From Candidatus Enterousia sp. (GTDB lineage Bacteria; Pseudomonadota; Alphaproteobacteria; Rs-D84): a stretch of DNA of 64,000 bases. The stretch's first letter is position 1. Every line of letters begins with the position of its first letter. The DNA lies in NCBI GenBank assembly GCA_045613785.1, contig JAZLBQ010000026.1, positions 1-64,000 on the forward strand, read 5' to 3'. Of this stretch, positions 20,677-30,950 are shown one piece after another. A program made the position numbers and the translations under genes. The notes beneath the pieces were generated by a model, which saw nothing but the letters and a program-made list of their open reading frames with translations, did not search any database and was not told where the DNA came from.

Positions 20677-21447
20677 ATGAAAATTTTGACATTAAATATA
20701 AACTCTATCCGTGCCCACATTGAAAGTTTCATTGACATTTTGCGTCGTGGTGAATACGACACAATCCTTGTTCAGGAATTAAAGGTTGAAACTGCAAACT
20801 TTCCACATGCCCTATTTGATGAATATGGATATAACGTGAAAGTTTTTGGTCAAAAGTCCTGGAATGGCGTTGCAACATTTTCCAAATTCTCCATCGAAGA
20901 CGCTATCCTTGGCATGCCAAATTACGCAGATCCTAACGCCCGTTTTCTAGAATGTGTTGTTGACGGTCACGTTCGCCTGATAAACACATACATGCCAAAC
21001 GGGGACACAGTTGAATCGCCCAAATTTCCATACAAACTAGAATGGATGCGTGCCTTTACAGATTACATATCCCAATATTTGGACAGTCCAGAACCTGTAA
21101 TCATTGGTGGTGATTTCAACGTTGCAATCCAGGATCGAGATATCTGGAAGCCCAAAAATTACGAAGGCATTGCAATTTCTGCACCTGCCGCACGCAGCAT
21201 TATGAACCAATGGCTAGACGCAGGCTGGACAGACGCCTGGCGTTCTCTGCACCCAGACGAAATAGATTATACCTGGTATGGCTATCGTGGCCGTGACACA
21301 GTCGGCAACAAACAAGGCCTTCGCCTGGACTACTTTTTGTGCAACAAAACTGCTACAAAAATGATAAAGAATTGTGAAATAGACCTTGAACCACGCCTGG
21401 CCACAAAACCAACAGACCACTGTGGTTTAATGCTTGAAATAAAATAA
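20677..21447 (+). CDS. xth: exodeoxyribonuclease III
   Basis: MKILTLNINSIRA, QELK, GQKSWNGVA, YMPNG, GGDFN, GLRLDY, TDHC. Confidence 0.93.
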   Translation: MKILTLNINSIRAHIESFIDILRRGEYDTILVQELKVETANFPHALFDEYGYNVKVFGQKSWNGVATFSKFSIEDAILGMPNYADPNARFLECVVDGHVRLINTYMPNGDTVESPKFPYKLEWMRAFTDYISQYLDSPEPVIIGGDFNVAIQDRDIWKPKNYEGIAISAPAARSIMNQWLDAGWTDAWRSLHPDEIDYTWYGYRGRDTVGNKQGLRLDYFLCNKTATKMIKNCEIDLEPRLATKPTDHCGLMLEIK

Positions 21448-21479
21448 AATAAAATAAAATAAAATAAAATAAAATAAAA
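21440..21479. repeat. (TAAAA)8 simple sequence repeat
   Basis: Perfect pentanucleotide tract overlapping the xth stop codon. Confidence 0.9.
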
Positions 21480-21527
21480 CAGCACAACAAAGACCTAAAT
21501 AGAATGGTAAAACCCCAACCATTCTAT

Positions 21528-24041
21528 TTAATCTTTTGCTCTTTTCAAATCATCAAACGCCTGATATTTCTTATCGCTTGTTTCATAGTATTCATATCCT
21601 GCATTTCCTGCCGAATACATATTAAACAACTCTGTTGTTTTATTGACTGCGGCATCTATCATTTGTTGTGTTTGCTCTTTATCATAATTGATAACACGTG
21701 CATCACCATTTTTTAACTGCAAGAACTTCATCACAGGTGTTTTAGACAATTCTGTTGTTTCGATTGGAAATCCATCTGTTTGCAGGATATAAGCCTCTAA
21801 TGGTAATTGTGGCATATTGCCCTGCTCTAATTGACTTTTTGATGGTGCAGAACCTGTTTTAATATCCATCACCACCCCGTCCCAGAATCTATCTGCCTTG
21901 GCACGAACTGTTCGTCCAGCAATTTTTACACTACCCTCTTTTTCAATTCCTGGGTTTTGAATATCTTTCAGTGCCTCGGACACCACGGGTGCTATTTCAT
22001 AAAACCGCTTTCGCCAGAAATGAAACAACACACTATTTGTTCCCAGCAATTCACGAGCCTTATTCTCCATTTGAGCCGCCAACACATCAGGATTCCAATC
22101 GGTTGCATCTTCGATAACCTTGTGAACCAGATTTCCAAAATCACGTCCATCGACCCCGACCCAATAATCGTCCAATACCCTCAGTCTTAAAATATGCTTT
22201 ACATAAAAAGCGTATGGATTATGAATTAAATATTCCAGTTCTGTCACATATACATCAGACCAATCTGCTGGTGGTGTTGGCACAGAATAATCCAAACTCT
22301 GCATTTTCACATTATCTAATTTTGCCACGGCCTGTGTAATATCTTTATTTCTGTCAAACTTTCCTTTGGCCACAATCACACGTGAAATAAATCTAGACTC
22401 GGCGGTTTGCACCCCACCTGAAACAGTGCTTCGCAGCCACCAAACCTGTGAACCACAGGACAGATTCATAAAATCCAACGACTGCAACGAAACCTTGCGG
22501 TCAGGCGACGGCAATCCAATTTTTTCAGCCAAATGCCAGGGCAGCCAGGCATTTTCATAACCACGTGCCGGAAACATTCCATCATTTAGTCCTGTTAAAA
22601 TCACAACATCTGCGGTCTGCATTCTGGATTCGATTGTTCCCAGCACAACGACCTGTGCTTTATCGTCCATAACCCCACGCACAGACACATTTGATATGGC
22701 ATCTAAAACAAAAGCACGTGCATCAACCAGACTCAACTGCACACCAATTGCAGCCAACGCATCTGAAACCTTTTTAATTTCAATCCATATCTGCACAGAT
22801 GTTGCATCGTCCACCACAAAGTTCGGTGTAAATTCCGCCTGATGTTTTTGAACAATCAAAGAAATCGTATCAAATAAATTGTGTTTGCATTCTGCACAAA
22901 TTTCATCAAATTCATTTGAAGACGTTTCAATCCATCCATCAATCATATTCAGCAACGCCCGCCCTGTTGCGGTCATTGTTCCTGGGACACCACCTGAAAA
23001 ATCAGCCTTTATTCCCCGACTTGCCAATTCTGTTGCAATACGTTGATTTCCGGCTGCGTCAGGTGTTATAACTAAAACTGTTTTATTTTCATCTAATGCC
23101 CTTTGTGCAATTTCTGCAACGGCTGCAGCCTCGACTGATTCACGTGAACATTCGACCAAATGACAGTGCGACAAATCTACATCACTATTCATCACTGAAA
23201 CATCATTTCCAAAAGCCTTATTCATAAAATCAATTGCAGATGGTCCAACATCAATCGGCACAACATCATCAGCCTCTAAGCCCAGTCTTGATAAAAATTT
23301 ATATTCAGAATTATATGGATTTGTATTTAATTGAAAATCCTGAACACGCCCCGATATTTTTCCAGACAAAATTATTCGTCCATGTGGTTGCTTGGCAATT
23401 TCAACCATCAAATCAGCTGTCGCTGGAACACTAGCAGTTGACGCACAAACAACAACCAATTTATATCGATTCAAATAATCTTTCCAACGACGAATATCCC
23501 TATTTTTAGCCATTGCAGATGTCAATCTTCCGCCTGCATAATCATTCATAAAAGTTGACATTATGCTTAAAAATCTGGCCTTATTTTGAAAATGTCGTGC
23601 ATACTTTTCATCAACCAATCCCGCCCAGTCAACAGTTGCAACATCAATTCCTTCATTTTCCAGATAATCGCACATACGCACTAAATCTCGTGCCAATGTC
23701 AAAGCAGTTGTCCAGTTTCCAACACTTGCATCTGCGACCAGCAATCTAGCCATTAAAACAATACGTTCAGTATTTGAAATAATATCCCTAGAACGAATAT
23801 CTTCCCAGTCTTCATCATTTGGGTTATCAACCCCTTCCCCCAGCGCAACCAACTGTGGCAAAATCACAGCACCACCAGACTTTTGCACAATCATTTTTTC
23901 GACTGTTCGCACAGCACGACGACTGGGCAAGAAAATCAGCATATCTGCCAACGCCACCCCAGAAGCACTGATAAGTTTCCACAACGCCTCTGAAATCTTG
24001 GCAGGATTAGTTGCGTAAAAAACGCTATGATTATTTGACAC
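21528..24041 (-). CDS. addB: AddB-like double-strand break repair protein (C-terminal PD-(D/E)XK nuclease)
   Basis: IFLPSRRAVR N-terminus, LGTIESRMQ..VILTGLNDG, NPYAFY..ILRLR, RAKADR..MDIKTG, QLPLEA, as in alphaproteobacterial AddB. Confidence 0.8.
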   Translation of the reverse strand: MSNNHSVFYATNPAKISEALWKLISASGVALADMLIFLPSRRAVRTVEKMIVQKSGGAVILPQLVALGEGVDNPNDEDWEDIRSRDIISNTERIVLMARLLVADASVGNWTTALTLARDLVRMCDYLENEGIDVATVDWAGLVDEKYARHFQNKARFLSIMSTFMNDYAGGRLTSAMAKNRDIRRWKDYLNRYKLVVVCASTASVPATADLMVEIAKQPHGRIILSGKISGRVQDFQLNTNPYNSEYKFLSRLGLEADDVVPIDVGPSAIDFMNKAFGNDVSVMNSDVDLSHCHLVECSRESVEAAAVAEIAQRALDENKTVLVITPDAAGNQRIATELASRGIKADFSGGVPGTMTATGRALLNMIDGWIETSSNEFDEICAECKHNLFDTISLIVQKHQAEFTPNFVVDDATSVQIWIEIKKVSDALAAIGVQLSLVDARAFVLDAISNVSVRGVMDDKAQVVVLGTIESRMQTADVVILTGLNDGMFPARGYENAWLPWHLAEKIGLPSPDRKVSLQSLDFMNLSCGSQVWWLRSTVSGGVQTAESRFISRVIVAKGKFDRNKDITQAVAKLDNVKMQSLDYSVPTPPADWSDVYVTELEYLIHNPYAFYVKHILRLRVLDDYWVGVDGRDFGNLVHKVIEDATDWNPDVLAAQMENKARELLGTNSVLFHFWRKRFYEIAPVVSEALKDIQNPGIEKEGSVKIAGRTVRAKADRFWDGVVMDIKTGSAPSKSQLEQGNMPQLPLEAYILQTDGFPIETTELSKTPVMKFLQLKNGDARVINYDKEQTQQMIDAAVNKTTELFNMYSAGNAGYEYYETSDKKYQAFDDLKRAKD

Positions 24042-24591
24042 CCAACGTTTCCTTTATTTTTTCCAAACCTGTTTTCTTTTCTGCAGACGTCATTAAAACT
24101 TCTGGCAACATTGCTCCATGTTCAGTATGCAGAATTTCGATCTGTTTAGTTTCACGAACTTTTTTATCTTTTTTTGTGTAAACAATCTGATAAGGGATTG
24201 CATTTGCATCGCAAAAATCCATCAAATCCAAATCAGCATCTTTTGCACCAATTCGTGAATCAATCAATATAAACAGACGCTTTAATTGACTTCTGCTCAA
24301 CAAATATTCTTCTAAACGTTTCAGCCATCTCATTGCATCGACTTTGGACACTTTGGCATAACCATAGCCCGGCAAATCAACAATCATCACCCTATCGTCC
24401 AGATTAAACAGATTTAAACTTTGTGTTCGCCCAGGGGTATTAGACGTTCGTGCAACAGGCGTTCCGACGACTGCATTTATCAACGACGACTTTCCAACAT
24501 TACTACGTCCAATAAAAGCATATTCTGCGAATTGCGTCTTGGGCAACGACTTTACTGTTTCGAAACTGCCAACAAATTTAATCATCTGCAC
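24031..24591 (-). CDS. yihA: ribosome biogenesis GTP-binding protein YihA/YsxC
   Basis: GRSNVGKSSLIN, SNTPGRTQ, DLPGYGYAK, TKKD. Confidence 0.95.
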   Translation of the reverse strand: MQMIKFVGSFETVKSLPKTQFAEYAFIGRSNVGKSSLINAVVGTPVARTSNTPGRTQSLNLFNLDDRVMIVDLPGYGYAKVSKVDAMRWLKRLEEYLLSRSQLKRLFILIDSRIGAKDADLDLMDFCDANAIPYQIVYTKKDKKVRETKQIEILHTEHGAMLPEVLMTSAEKKTGLEKIKETLGVK

Positions 24592-25378
24592 CCTCTTTTT
24601 CTAGCAAGCGTTTATAAGCTTCTTTTTTTGAAATTCCTGTCATTTTTGCTAAATCTGCCGCTGCGGATTTCATCGAAGTCAATGCGATATCATTGACAAT
24701 TTTTGATATTTCATCATCAGTCATTTTAACTTCTGGTCGTGGTGCGACGACTATAACGATTTCGCCACGTGGCGGAGTAATATTCATCAATTCCGCCGGA
24801 TAGCCTATAATAGTTTCTTCATAGATTTTAGTAATTTCACGAACAATTGCAATTTTTCGTTCTGGCATAACCCGTGCCATATGTTCGATTGTTGCCATAA
24901 TTCTATTTGGGCTTTCATAGTAAATAATTGTATGCGGTATTTTATTATCATCACGCAGTTTTTTTTCATCAAAGAATCCACAAAATGTAAATCTGTCTGT
25001 TGGGAATCCGCTCAGAACCAATGCACTAATTGCTGCCACAGGCCCTGGCACAACAAAGACAGGCAGTCCTGCCTCTCGTGCTGCCCTGACGATACGAAAC
25101 CCAGGATCAGAAATACCAGGCATACCCGCATCACTAACTGTTGCGACTGCCATACCGGACTGAATTTTTTCAATAATTCCTGGCACTGCATCACGTTCAT
25201 TATGTTCGTGCAAAGAAATCCGCTTTGTTTTTATATCAAAATGACTGGCCAATTTGCCAAAGACCCGTGTATCTTCTGCGGTAATCAAATCAACATTTTG
25301 CAAAACTTCTATTGCCCGTGGCGACATATCCGCCAAATTTCCTATTGGAGTTCCAACAATGTAAAGCCCTGATTGCAT
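24578..25378 (-). CDS. rsmI: 16S rRNA (C1402) 2'-O-methyltransferase
   Basis: LYIVGTPIGNLADMSPRA, AEDTR, VSDAGMPGISDPG, YESPNR, REITKIYE. Confidence 0.95.
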   Translation of the reverse strand: MQSGLYIVGTPIGNLADMSPRAIEVLQNVDLITAEDTRVFGKLASHFDIKTKRISLHEHNERDAVPGIIEKIQSGMAVATVSDAGMPGISDPGFRIVRAAREAGLPVFVVPGPVAAISALVLSGFPTDRFTFCGFFDEKKLRDDNKIPHTIIYYESPNRIMATIEHMARVMPERKIAIVREITKIYEETIIGYPAELMNITPPRGEIVIVVAPRPEVKMTDDEISKIVNDIALTSMKSAAADLAKMTGISKKEAYKRLLEKEGADD

Positions 25379-25399
25379 TAAAAATCCTTTTATAGTAAA

Positions 25400-27046
25400 A
25401 TGATACAGAATAAAATGGATTTTTCAATGTATATAAACAGAATTTTTGCATATTTAACAACTGCCGTTATCCTGGCTGGCTGTGCTGGCACTGACAACCA
25501 AGACACCACATCAATCGATTGGTTTGATGCCCACGACGCAATGCAGACAGGCACACCAACATTGATGTATGGCCAACTATCTGACGGCTATGGAACACTT
25601 GAATCAACCTCTGACGATTCTGAACACACAATCGCAGTCCTATTGCCACTATCTGGTCAAAATGCATCTGTTGGAAAAACGATACGCACTTCGGTTGAAG
25701 CAGCAGTTTTAAAGAACGCACCAAAAAATCTGTCAGTCTTATTTTATGACACATCTGAAAACCTGCCTGAAACAATCAACACGGCTCTATCAGAGAATCC
25801 AGAAATTATTGTAGGCCCTGTATTTTCCGACTCGGTCAAGACACTAGCCCAACAAAAGCCTGCAAACCTGCCGGTTATATCATTTACATCTGATGCATCA
25901 GCCCTGGGCGATGGTATTTTAACAATGAACCTTATGCCAACAAATGGCGTTGAAACAATCGTCCACCAGATGAAGGCAGACAATACAAATCAGTTTGTAA
26001 TTCTAGCACCAAATACAACATCTGGAAAATTATTGGCAGGCACTGCAAAAAACGCTGCCCAGATATATGAATTACCACTGTCTGGAATAATCTATTATAC
26101 CCCTGGCGACCCCGACTCTATTAAAACCGCCAGTCAAAGTGCCGCAATGCACAACGCCCGCACAGCGGCTCACACTCGTGCCCGCCAGGTATTATCTGAT
26201 ATTTTAATAAACGAACGCTTGACTGCATTGGAACGCAGCAGTCTAAACACTCAACTGGAAAAACTGTCTAAAACAGAAACCGTTGGTCGTGTTCCTTATG
26301 ACGCTGTCCTATTCCTAGGCAATGGCGATGACACAAAATCATTAGCATCATACTTACGCTATTTTGATGTTCCTGCAAATAGCACAAAATTCTATGGCAC
26401 AACAATGTGGGACGGCTCTGACATAACATCTGACCTGACAATGTCTGGGGCAAAATTCGCAACATTGCCTGACACAGCCCCTGAATTTATCAAGATTTAT
26501 GAACAGATTTCAGGCACACAACCTGACAAACTAGCATCATTTGGCTATGATGCCGCCAACCTTGCAATTGGAATGATTTATTCTGATAAATCAACCGCTG
26601 CATACCTACTAGACCCCAGCGGTTATATCGGCAGCAACGGCTTATTCCGTATACAACCAACAGGTGCATCTGAACACGCCTTGCGTATTGTTCAGTTAAA
26701 CGGCACAGGAACACCGATTGAAATCAAATCTGCCCCAACAGACTTTCAATCACCATTGTATAACATCGAACAGCGGCACATAACACCTGCCCCTGCAATG
26801 GCTTTGGAAACCCCTGGCATTGACCCAGACAATTACGTAAAACTGCCTGAACGCCTACGCAGCAAATACCGCAGCAAAACCATTGGGACAAACATTTCCA
26901 TTGCCCCAACAGTCCGCAAAAGTGAAATTGTTGCGATTCTCCCCGAAGACGACAGCGACACAATTCAATCAGAAAACTATACACCCGTAAAACTAGAATC
27001 TGTCTCACGCAGTTATATCGAAGAATACGAAATCTACGAAGACTAA
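25400..27046 (+). CDS. penicillin-binding protein activator LpoA-like lipoprotein
   Basis: Lipobox LAGC, IAVLLPLSG, IIVGPVF, ASFGYDAA, GSNGLFR. Divergent from rsmI, as is usual. True start may be the downstream Met (MYINR). Confidence 0.75.
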   Translation: MIQNKMDFSMYINRIFAYLTTAVILAGCAGTDNQDTTSIDWFDAHDAMQTGTPTLMYGQLSDGYGTLESTSDDSEHTIAVLLPLSGQNASVGKTIRTSVEAAVLKNAPKNLSVLFYDTSENLPETINTALSENPEIIVGPVFSDSVKTLAQQKPANLPVISFTSDASALGDGILTMNLMPTNGVETIVHQMKADNTNQFVILAPNTTSGKLLAGTAKNAAQIYELPLSGIIYYTPGDPDSIKTASQSAAMHNARTAAHTRARQVLSDILINERLTALERSSLNTQLEKLSKTETVGRVPYDAVLFLGNGDDTKSLASYLRYFDVPANSTKFYGTTMWDGSDITSDLTMSGAKFATLPDTAPEFIKIYEQISGTQPDKLASFGYDAANLAIGMIYSDKSTAAYLLDPSGYIGSNGLFRIQPTGASEHALRIVQLNGTGTPIEIKSAPTDFQSPLYNIEQRHITPAPAMALETPGIDPDNYVKLPERLRSKYRSKTIGTNISIAPTVRKSEIVAILPEDDSDTIQSENYTPVKLESVSRSYIEEYEIYED

Positions 27047-27219
27047 CGGAAAAACCTATACAATTTACCCCCAAAAAAAACGGGGGTGTTTTTTTGACAA
27101 ACAAAATAAAAAAATACCCACATAGCGTGGGTCGGGAGTATGCTTGCACTAATCGAACAGAAAACAAACAAGAATTTTCCAATTTAATGCAACTGGTAAA
27201 AGAGTTTAAAGAGAAATGG

Positions 27220-28227
27220 TTAATATCTTGATTTTTTTAATTGATTAAATAATTCGTATTCTATTCCATAGGAACTGATTTCTGTTGCGGATTTATGGTA
27301 TGCTTTGTCGTTTATATGAGCAGGTACATACGTAGCACGATCAATATACTGAATTTGTGGTCCCAATGCACCTTGGCGTGGTTTTTGATAATCTAATGCA
27401 TGGTGTATTTCGTGTGCTAATACGCTAACCATGCTATAAAAGAAATCGTTTTTATCTGGATGATGTTTTTTTACGTTCGTGATATTTACACGTACAACTG
27501 ATGATTTATATGCGTTTGGGTGTTTTTCTAGATCTTTGAGAAATTCATCCAAAAGTTCTTTCTTTTCTGTTTCGGATATATTTGATGGAAAAGTTATGCT
27601 ATAGGCGTGCGTGTGAAAACCATCGGTAACATCGTATCTGCCATTTGGTTTTACATCAGAATTTTCCCAATCAGTTATGACTTTTGAATCAATATAGCAG
27701 TCATATTCTTTGCAAAAATCTTTAGTTAAGGCATTAAATAAAGCATTATAAGCATCGATTATGCTACTTTCATCAGCCTCACGAGCAGCCACAACCAAAT
27801 CTTTATGATTGTTTAATCTGCGTATCCAATCGGCAGAAAATTGTTTAGCCAATATGTATATATTTACTGTTCCTGCTTTGAATTTATCGCGTATTTTTTC
27901 TGGATTTTCATTGTTTTTGAACATTTGACTTAATTCTCTGTCGAATGTATCAAATTCACCTTTTATATAATTCAAATCCTTACTAACAGCGAACAATGTA
28001 ATAGGCAAATTTTTTGGCCTGTATTGATCCAATGAAATCGCTTTTGTAATTTTTGTGACCAATTCATCCGGTGAAAATTTGGTTAATAACCTGTTGGCAA
28101 AACCATCAATATCATTCATTTGTTTAAGTATACTATCTTTTTCATTTTGGTTTTTGGCGGCTTTATATTGTTTTAACAAATCAATGGTTTGTAATGCAGA
28201 GTTTATTTCAAGATTTTCATTATCCAT
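27220..28227 (-). CDS. hypothetical protein with HExxH zincin motif
   Basis: SVLAHEIHHALD plus a downstream E (TEISSY). More AT-rich than neighbours and next to the tRNA-Tyr 3' end. Confidence 0.7.
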   Translation of the reverse strand: MDNENLEINSALQTIDLLKQYKAAKNQNEKDSILKQMNDIDGFANRLLTKFSPDELVTKITKAISLDQYRPKNLPITLFAVSKDLNYIKGEFDTFDRELSQMFKNNENPEKIRDKFKAGTVNIYILAKQFSADWIRRLNNHKDLVVAAREADESSIIDAYNALFNALTKDFCKEYDCYIDSKVITDWENSDVKPNGRYDVTDGFHTHAYSITFPSNISETEKKELLDEFLKDLEKHPNAYKSSVVRVNITNVKKHHPDKNDFFYSMVSVLAHEIHHALDYQKPRQGALGPQIQYIDRATYVPAHINDKAYHKSATEISSYGIEYELFNQLKKSRY

Positions 28228-28436
28228 ATTAAATTCCTTTGCGTGAATTATATCATAAAGCTTTGTATATTAAAATTATATATAGAGAGGGAGGATCCGA
28301 ACGGGGCAAACCATTGGAAATCTTGACTGTTCGAAGATTGGTAAAATTTAGTGTTTTTTAGATATGATTTTTTCGAACAAGTAAAAGCATTGGAAATCTA
28401 AAAGAAAACCGCACTTTAATGGTGCGGTGTATCTTT

Positions 28437-28523
28437 TGGTGGGAGTGGCTGGATTCGAACCAGCTCAGGCTTAAGCCAACAGATTTACAGTCTGCCCCGG
28501 CTCTCCAACTCCGGCGCACGCCC
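28437..28523 (-). tRNA. tRNA-Tyr(GTA)
   Basis: GGGCGTGCGCCGGAGTTGG...GCAGACTGTAAATCTGT, long variable arm, GGTTCGAATCC, ends ACCA. Confidence 0.96.
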
Positions 28524-28529
28524 AATCCT

Positions 28530-28604
28530 TGGTGCGGGCAGCGGGAATCGAACCCGCATTTCAAGCTTGGAAGGCTTGCATACTAGCCTTTGTACTATGC
28601 CCGC
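28530..28604 (-). tRNA. tRNA-Gly(TCC)
   Basis: GCGGGCATAGT...CAAGCCTTCCAAGCTTG...GGTTCGATTCCCGCTGCCCGCACCA. Confidence 0.95.
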
Positions 28605-28712
28605 AACAAAATCAAAGCCATCTGATTATATACGAAATGAAAACAAAATCAAGAACAAAGTAAAAGAAGAATAAAAATAAATTCCTGCCCCACCCAAATC
28701 CTGAGTTTAATG

Positions 28713-28816
28713 AAATTAAATAGAATGATTTAGATGCGGACAGTGCCGTCCCCGCAGTGTCCACAAGCGACATAAGGGAACGGCACCGTTCGCAGATGAA
28801 TTATTATATTTAATTT
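28713..28816. repeat. AGAT-mismatch palindromic element, copy 5
   Basis: Near-identical to 16023-16126. Abuts the stop of the 80 aa Cys-rich ORF. Confidence 0.92.
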
Positions 28817-29057
28817 ACCGCAATGGCGGGAAACAATCACCCCCCACTTCCGGACAACAGTTAAATCCTAAATCAGCCATGTCGGTATATACTTCACCTG
28901 GACAACAACCATATTTATCTGGTTGTGCACCATAATCACAGACCGGCATATCACTAGGACGCATTGCATCACGATTAGCCCCTGTTAAAACACCAAAAGC
29001 AAAGCCTACAAAAAAAGCAATTACAACTGAAACTATTGAACAGATGTTTTTCTTCAT
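28815..29057 (-). CDS. small exported Cys-rich protein
   Basis: N-terminal hydrophobic helix, then CDYGAQPDKYGCCPGE...FNCCPEVGGDCFPP. Confidence 0.75.
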   Translation of the reverse strand: MKKNICSIVSVVIAFFVGFAFGVLTGANRDAMRPSDMPVCDYGAQPDKYGCCPGEVYTDMADLGFNCCPEVGGDCFPPLR

Positions 29058-29078
29058 CTTTACGCCCTTTGTCTTGTG

Positions 29079-29666
29079 TTACTGTTGTTTAAATGGTGGG
29101 AAACATTCATTGCCACCGTCTTTTGGGCAACATGCAAAAACGGCATTTCCCAAATCTCTGAATATTTCATCGCCACAGCAACCAAATTTATTTGGCTTTG
29201 AACCATCTGCACAAAGCCCTGCATCTAAATTGGCTAATTCCTTTTCAACTTCGGCCTGAATCTTGGCATTTTCTGCTGCGATTTTTTCTTCTTCAGTCAT
29301 CGTATCTTCTGGAGCTACTTCTTCTGCACTTGCAACTTCTTCGGCCTTAACCTCTTCTTCTGTGGTTGAATTTTCTGGATTTTCTTCAACCTCTTGTGCT
29401 TTTTCCTCTGTTTCAATCACAACCATAGACGTCGCACTAGAACGTCTTGATGCAGCAACCTTGGCACATTTGCGACGATAATCCGCCTTTAACTTGGTTA
29501 GTTCTGCAATTATTTCATCATCAGGATCCACAATCTGCACCAATTCAGTAATTTTGTTTTGAATATCAACACAAGTCAAACGCTGAGAAACATTAACTGT
29601 TGACACATCATCAGCCCATGCATTTATTGCAAAAATACAGCCGAACAAGACAATTAGTTTTTTCAT
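29079..29666 (-). CDS. secreted protein with acidic linker and C-terminal Cys-rich domain
   Basis: Signal peptide (AWA-DD), Glu-rich linker, CADGSKPNKFGCCGDE...FACCPKDGGNECFPP. Confidence 0.78.
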   Translation of the reverse strand: MKKLIVLFGCIFAINAWADDVSTVNVSQRLTCVDIQNKITELVQIVDPDDEIIAELTKLKADYRRKCAKVAASRRSSATSMVVIETEEKAQEVEENPENSTTEEEVKAEEVASAEEVAPEDTMTEEEKIAAENAKIQAEVEKELANLDAGLCADGSKPNKFGCCGDEIFRDLGNAVFACCPKDGGNECFPPFKQQ

Positions 29667-29674
29667 TTTTTTTC

Positions 29675-30211
29675 CTATTGTTCATTGATTATTTTTTCGA
29701 CTTCCAAGATAAAATCAATCGCAGGTGCAGTCAGTTTTTTCGCAGTTTCGAATATTTCTTCGGCTGCCATCTGCATATTCAAACGTTTATACGTTTCAAC
29801 AACTTCGATTGTATCTTCTTGACTAAATTCATCATCTGTTATTGCCCGTGCAATTTCCAGTTCTTGCTTTGCCAATTCAACATACTTTTCAGAGTTTTCC
29901 GCACATCCCCGTTCGGACAAATTAGCATAGATTTTTGCACGCATAATTCTGTCATCAGAAATAGTATTTTCTGCTGGCAATTTTTCCAACAATAACTCTT
30001 CTACAATGACACAAGTTGGTTTTGGTTCTATCTGAATTTCTGGCACAGGGTTTGTTGTTTCTTCGACCTCTGCTGCAATAACTTTTTTTGAACTACTGAA
30101 CCCCAGTCCAACCATTATACCACATACAAACAATGCAAGCAGTCCCATAATTCCCCAGAATTTTTGAGCCTTGGTATGAACAATTTTATATTGTTGTTTT
30201 TGTTTTTTCAT
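29675..30211 (-). CDS. membrane-anchored hypothetical protein
   Basis: AAGGGAG SD, single N-terminal TM segment, helical acidic body. Confidence 0.72.
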   Translation of the reverse strand: MKKQKQQYKIVHTKAQKFWGIMGLLALFVCGIMVGLGFSSSKKVIAAEVEETTNPVPEIQIEPKPTCVIVEELLLEKLPAENTISDDRIMRAKIYANLSERGCAENSEKYVELAKQELEIARAITDDEFSQEDTIEVVETYKRLNMQMAAEEIFETAKKLTAPAIDFILEVEKIINEQ

Positions 30212-30239
30212 TTAACTCTCTCCCTTAGTTTTATTATTG

Positions 30240-30950
30240 TTATTCCACGATTCCGTTGTTGATTGTAATTCTACGATCTGCCCGCTGTGCCAGATTCATA
30301 TCATGTGTCACGAACAGCATTGCCATTTTATTCTTGCGTGCTAAATCCAGCAATAAATCGAACACCGCCCCTGCATTATGCGGGTCAAGACTGCCAGTTG
30401 GTTCATCTGCCAACAAAATATCAGGATTGTTTGCCAAGGCTCGTGCCACTGCCGTTCGTTGTTGTTCACCACCACTCATTTCACCAGGATGATGAGATGC
30501 ACGATGTGCAACATTTGCAGCCCGCAACAATTTCATTGCCCTGGCCCTGGCGACATTTTCTTCGACGCCATTTGCCAGCATTGGCAACATGACATTTTCC
30601 AATGCGGTAAAGTCAGCCAACAAATTATGTCGCTGATAAACAAAGCCTATTTTTTTACGACGAACCTGAGTCCTTCTTTCTTCGTCCATTCTTTGAACAG
30701 GCATACCGTTTATCAAGATACTGCCACCACTTGGCTTGTCCAACAGTCCTACACATTGCAACAAAGTAGATTTTCCTGACCCAGACGAACCAACCATTGC
30801 AACAATTTCACCACGATGCAAATCAAATCCCCCACCACGCAATATATGCAAAGGCTGTCCGCCTTCGACAAACGTGCGTTTAATATCCCGCACTGACATA
30901 ACCACGTCACCAGACTGTACCTTTGACAAAGACTCTAAAATATTCGCCAT
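30240..30950 (-). CDS. lolD: lipoprotein-releasing ABC transporter ATPase
   Basis: GSSGSGKSTLL, GLLDKPSGG, MSGGEQQR, LADEPTGSLD, VTHD. Confidence 0.9.
   Translation of the reverse strand: MANILESLSKVQSGDVVMSVRDIKRTFVEGGQPLHILRGGGFDLHRGEIVAMVGSSGSGKSTLLQCVGLLDKPSGGSILINGMPVQRMDEERRTQVRRKKIGFVYQRHNLLADFTALENVMLPMLANGVEENVARARAMKLLRAANVAHRASHHPGEMSGGEQQRTAVARALANNPDILLADEPTGSLDPHNAGAVFDLLLDLARKNKMAMLFVTHDMNLAQRADRRITINNGIVE

Noticed and set aside
28284-28400. GGGCAAACCATTGGAAA resembling a c-di-GMP-I riboswitch P1
   Set aside because: The 3' arm does not pair, the GACGCAAAG motif is absent, and no gene lies downstream on that strand.
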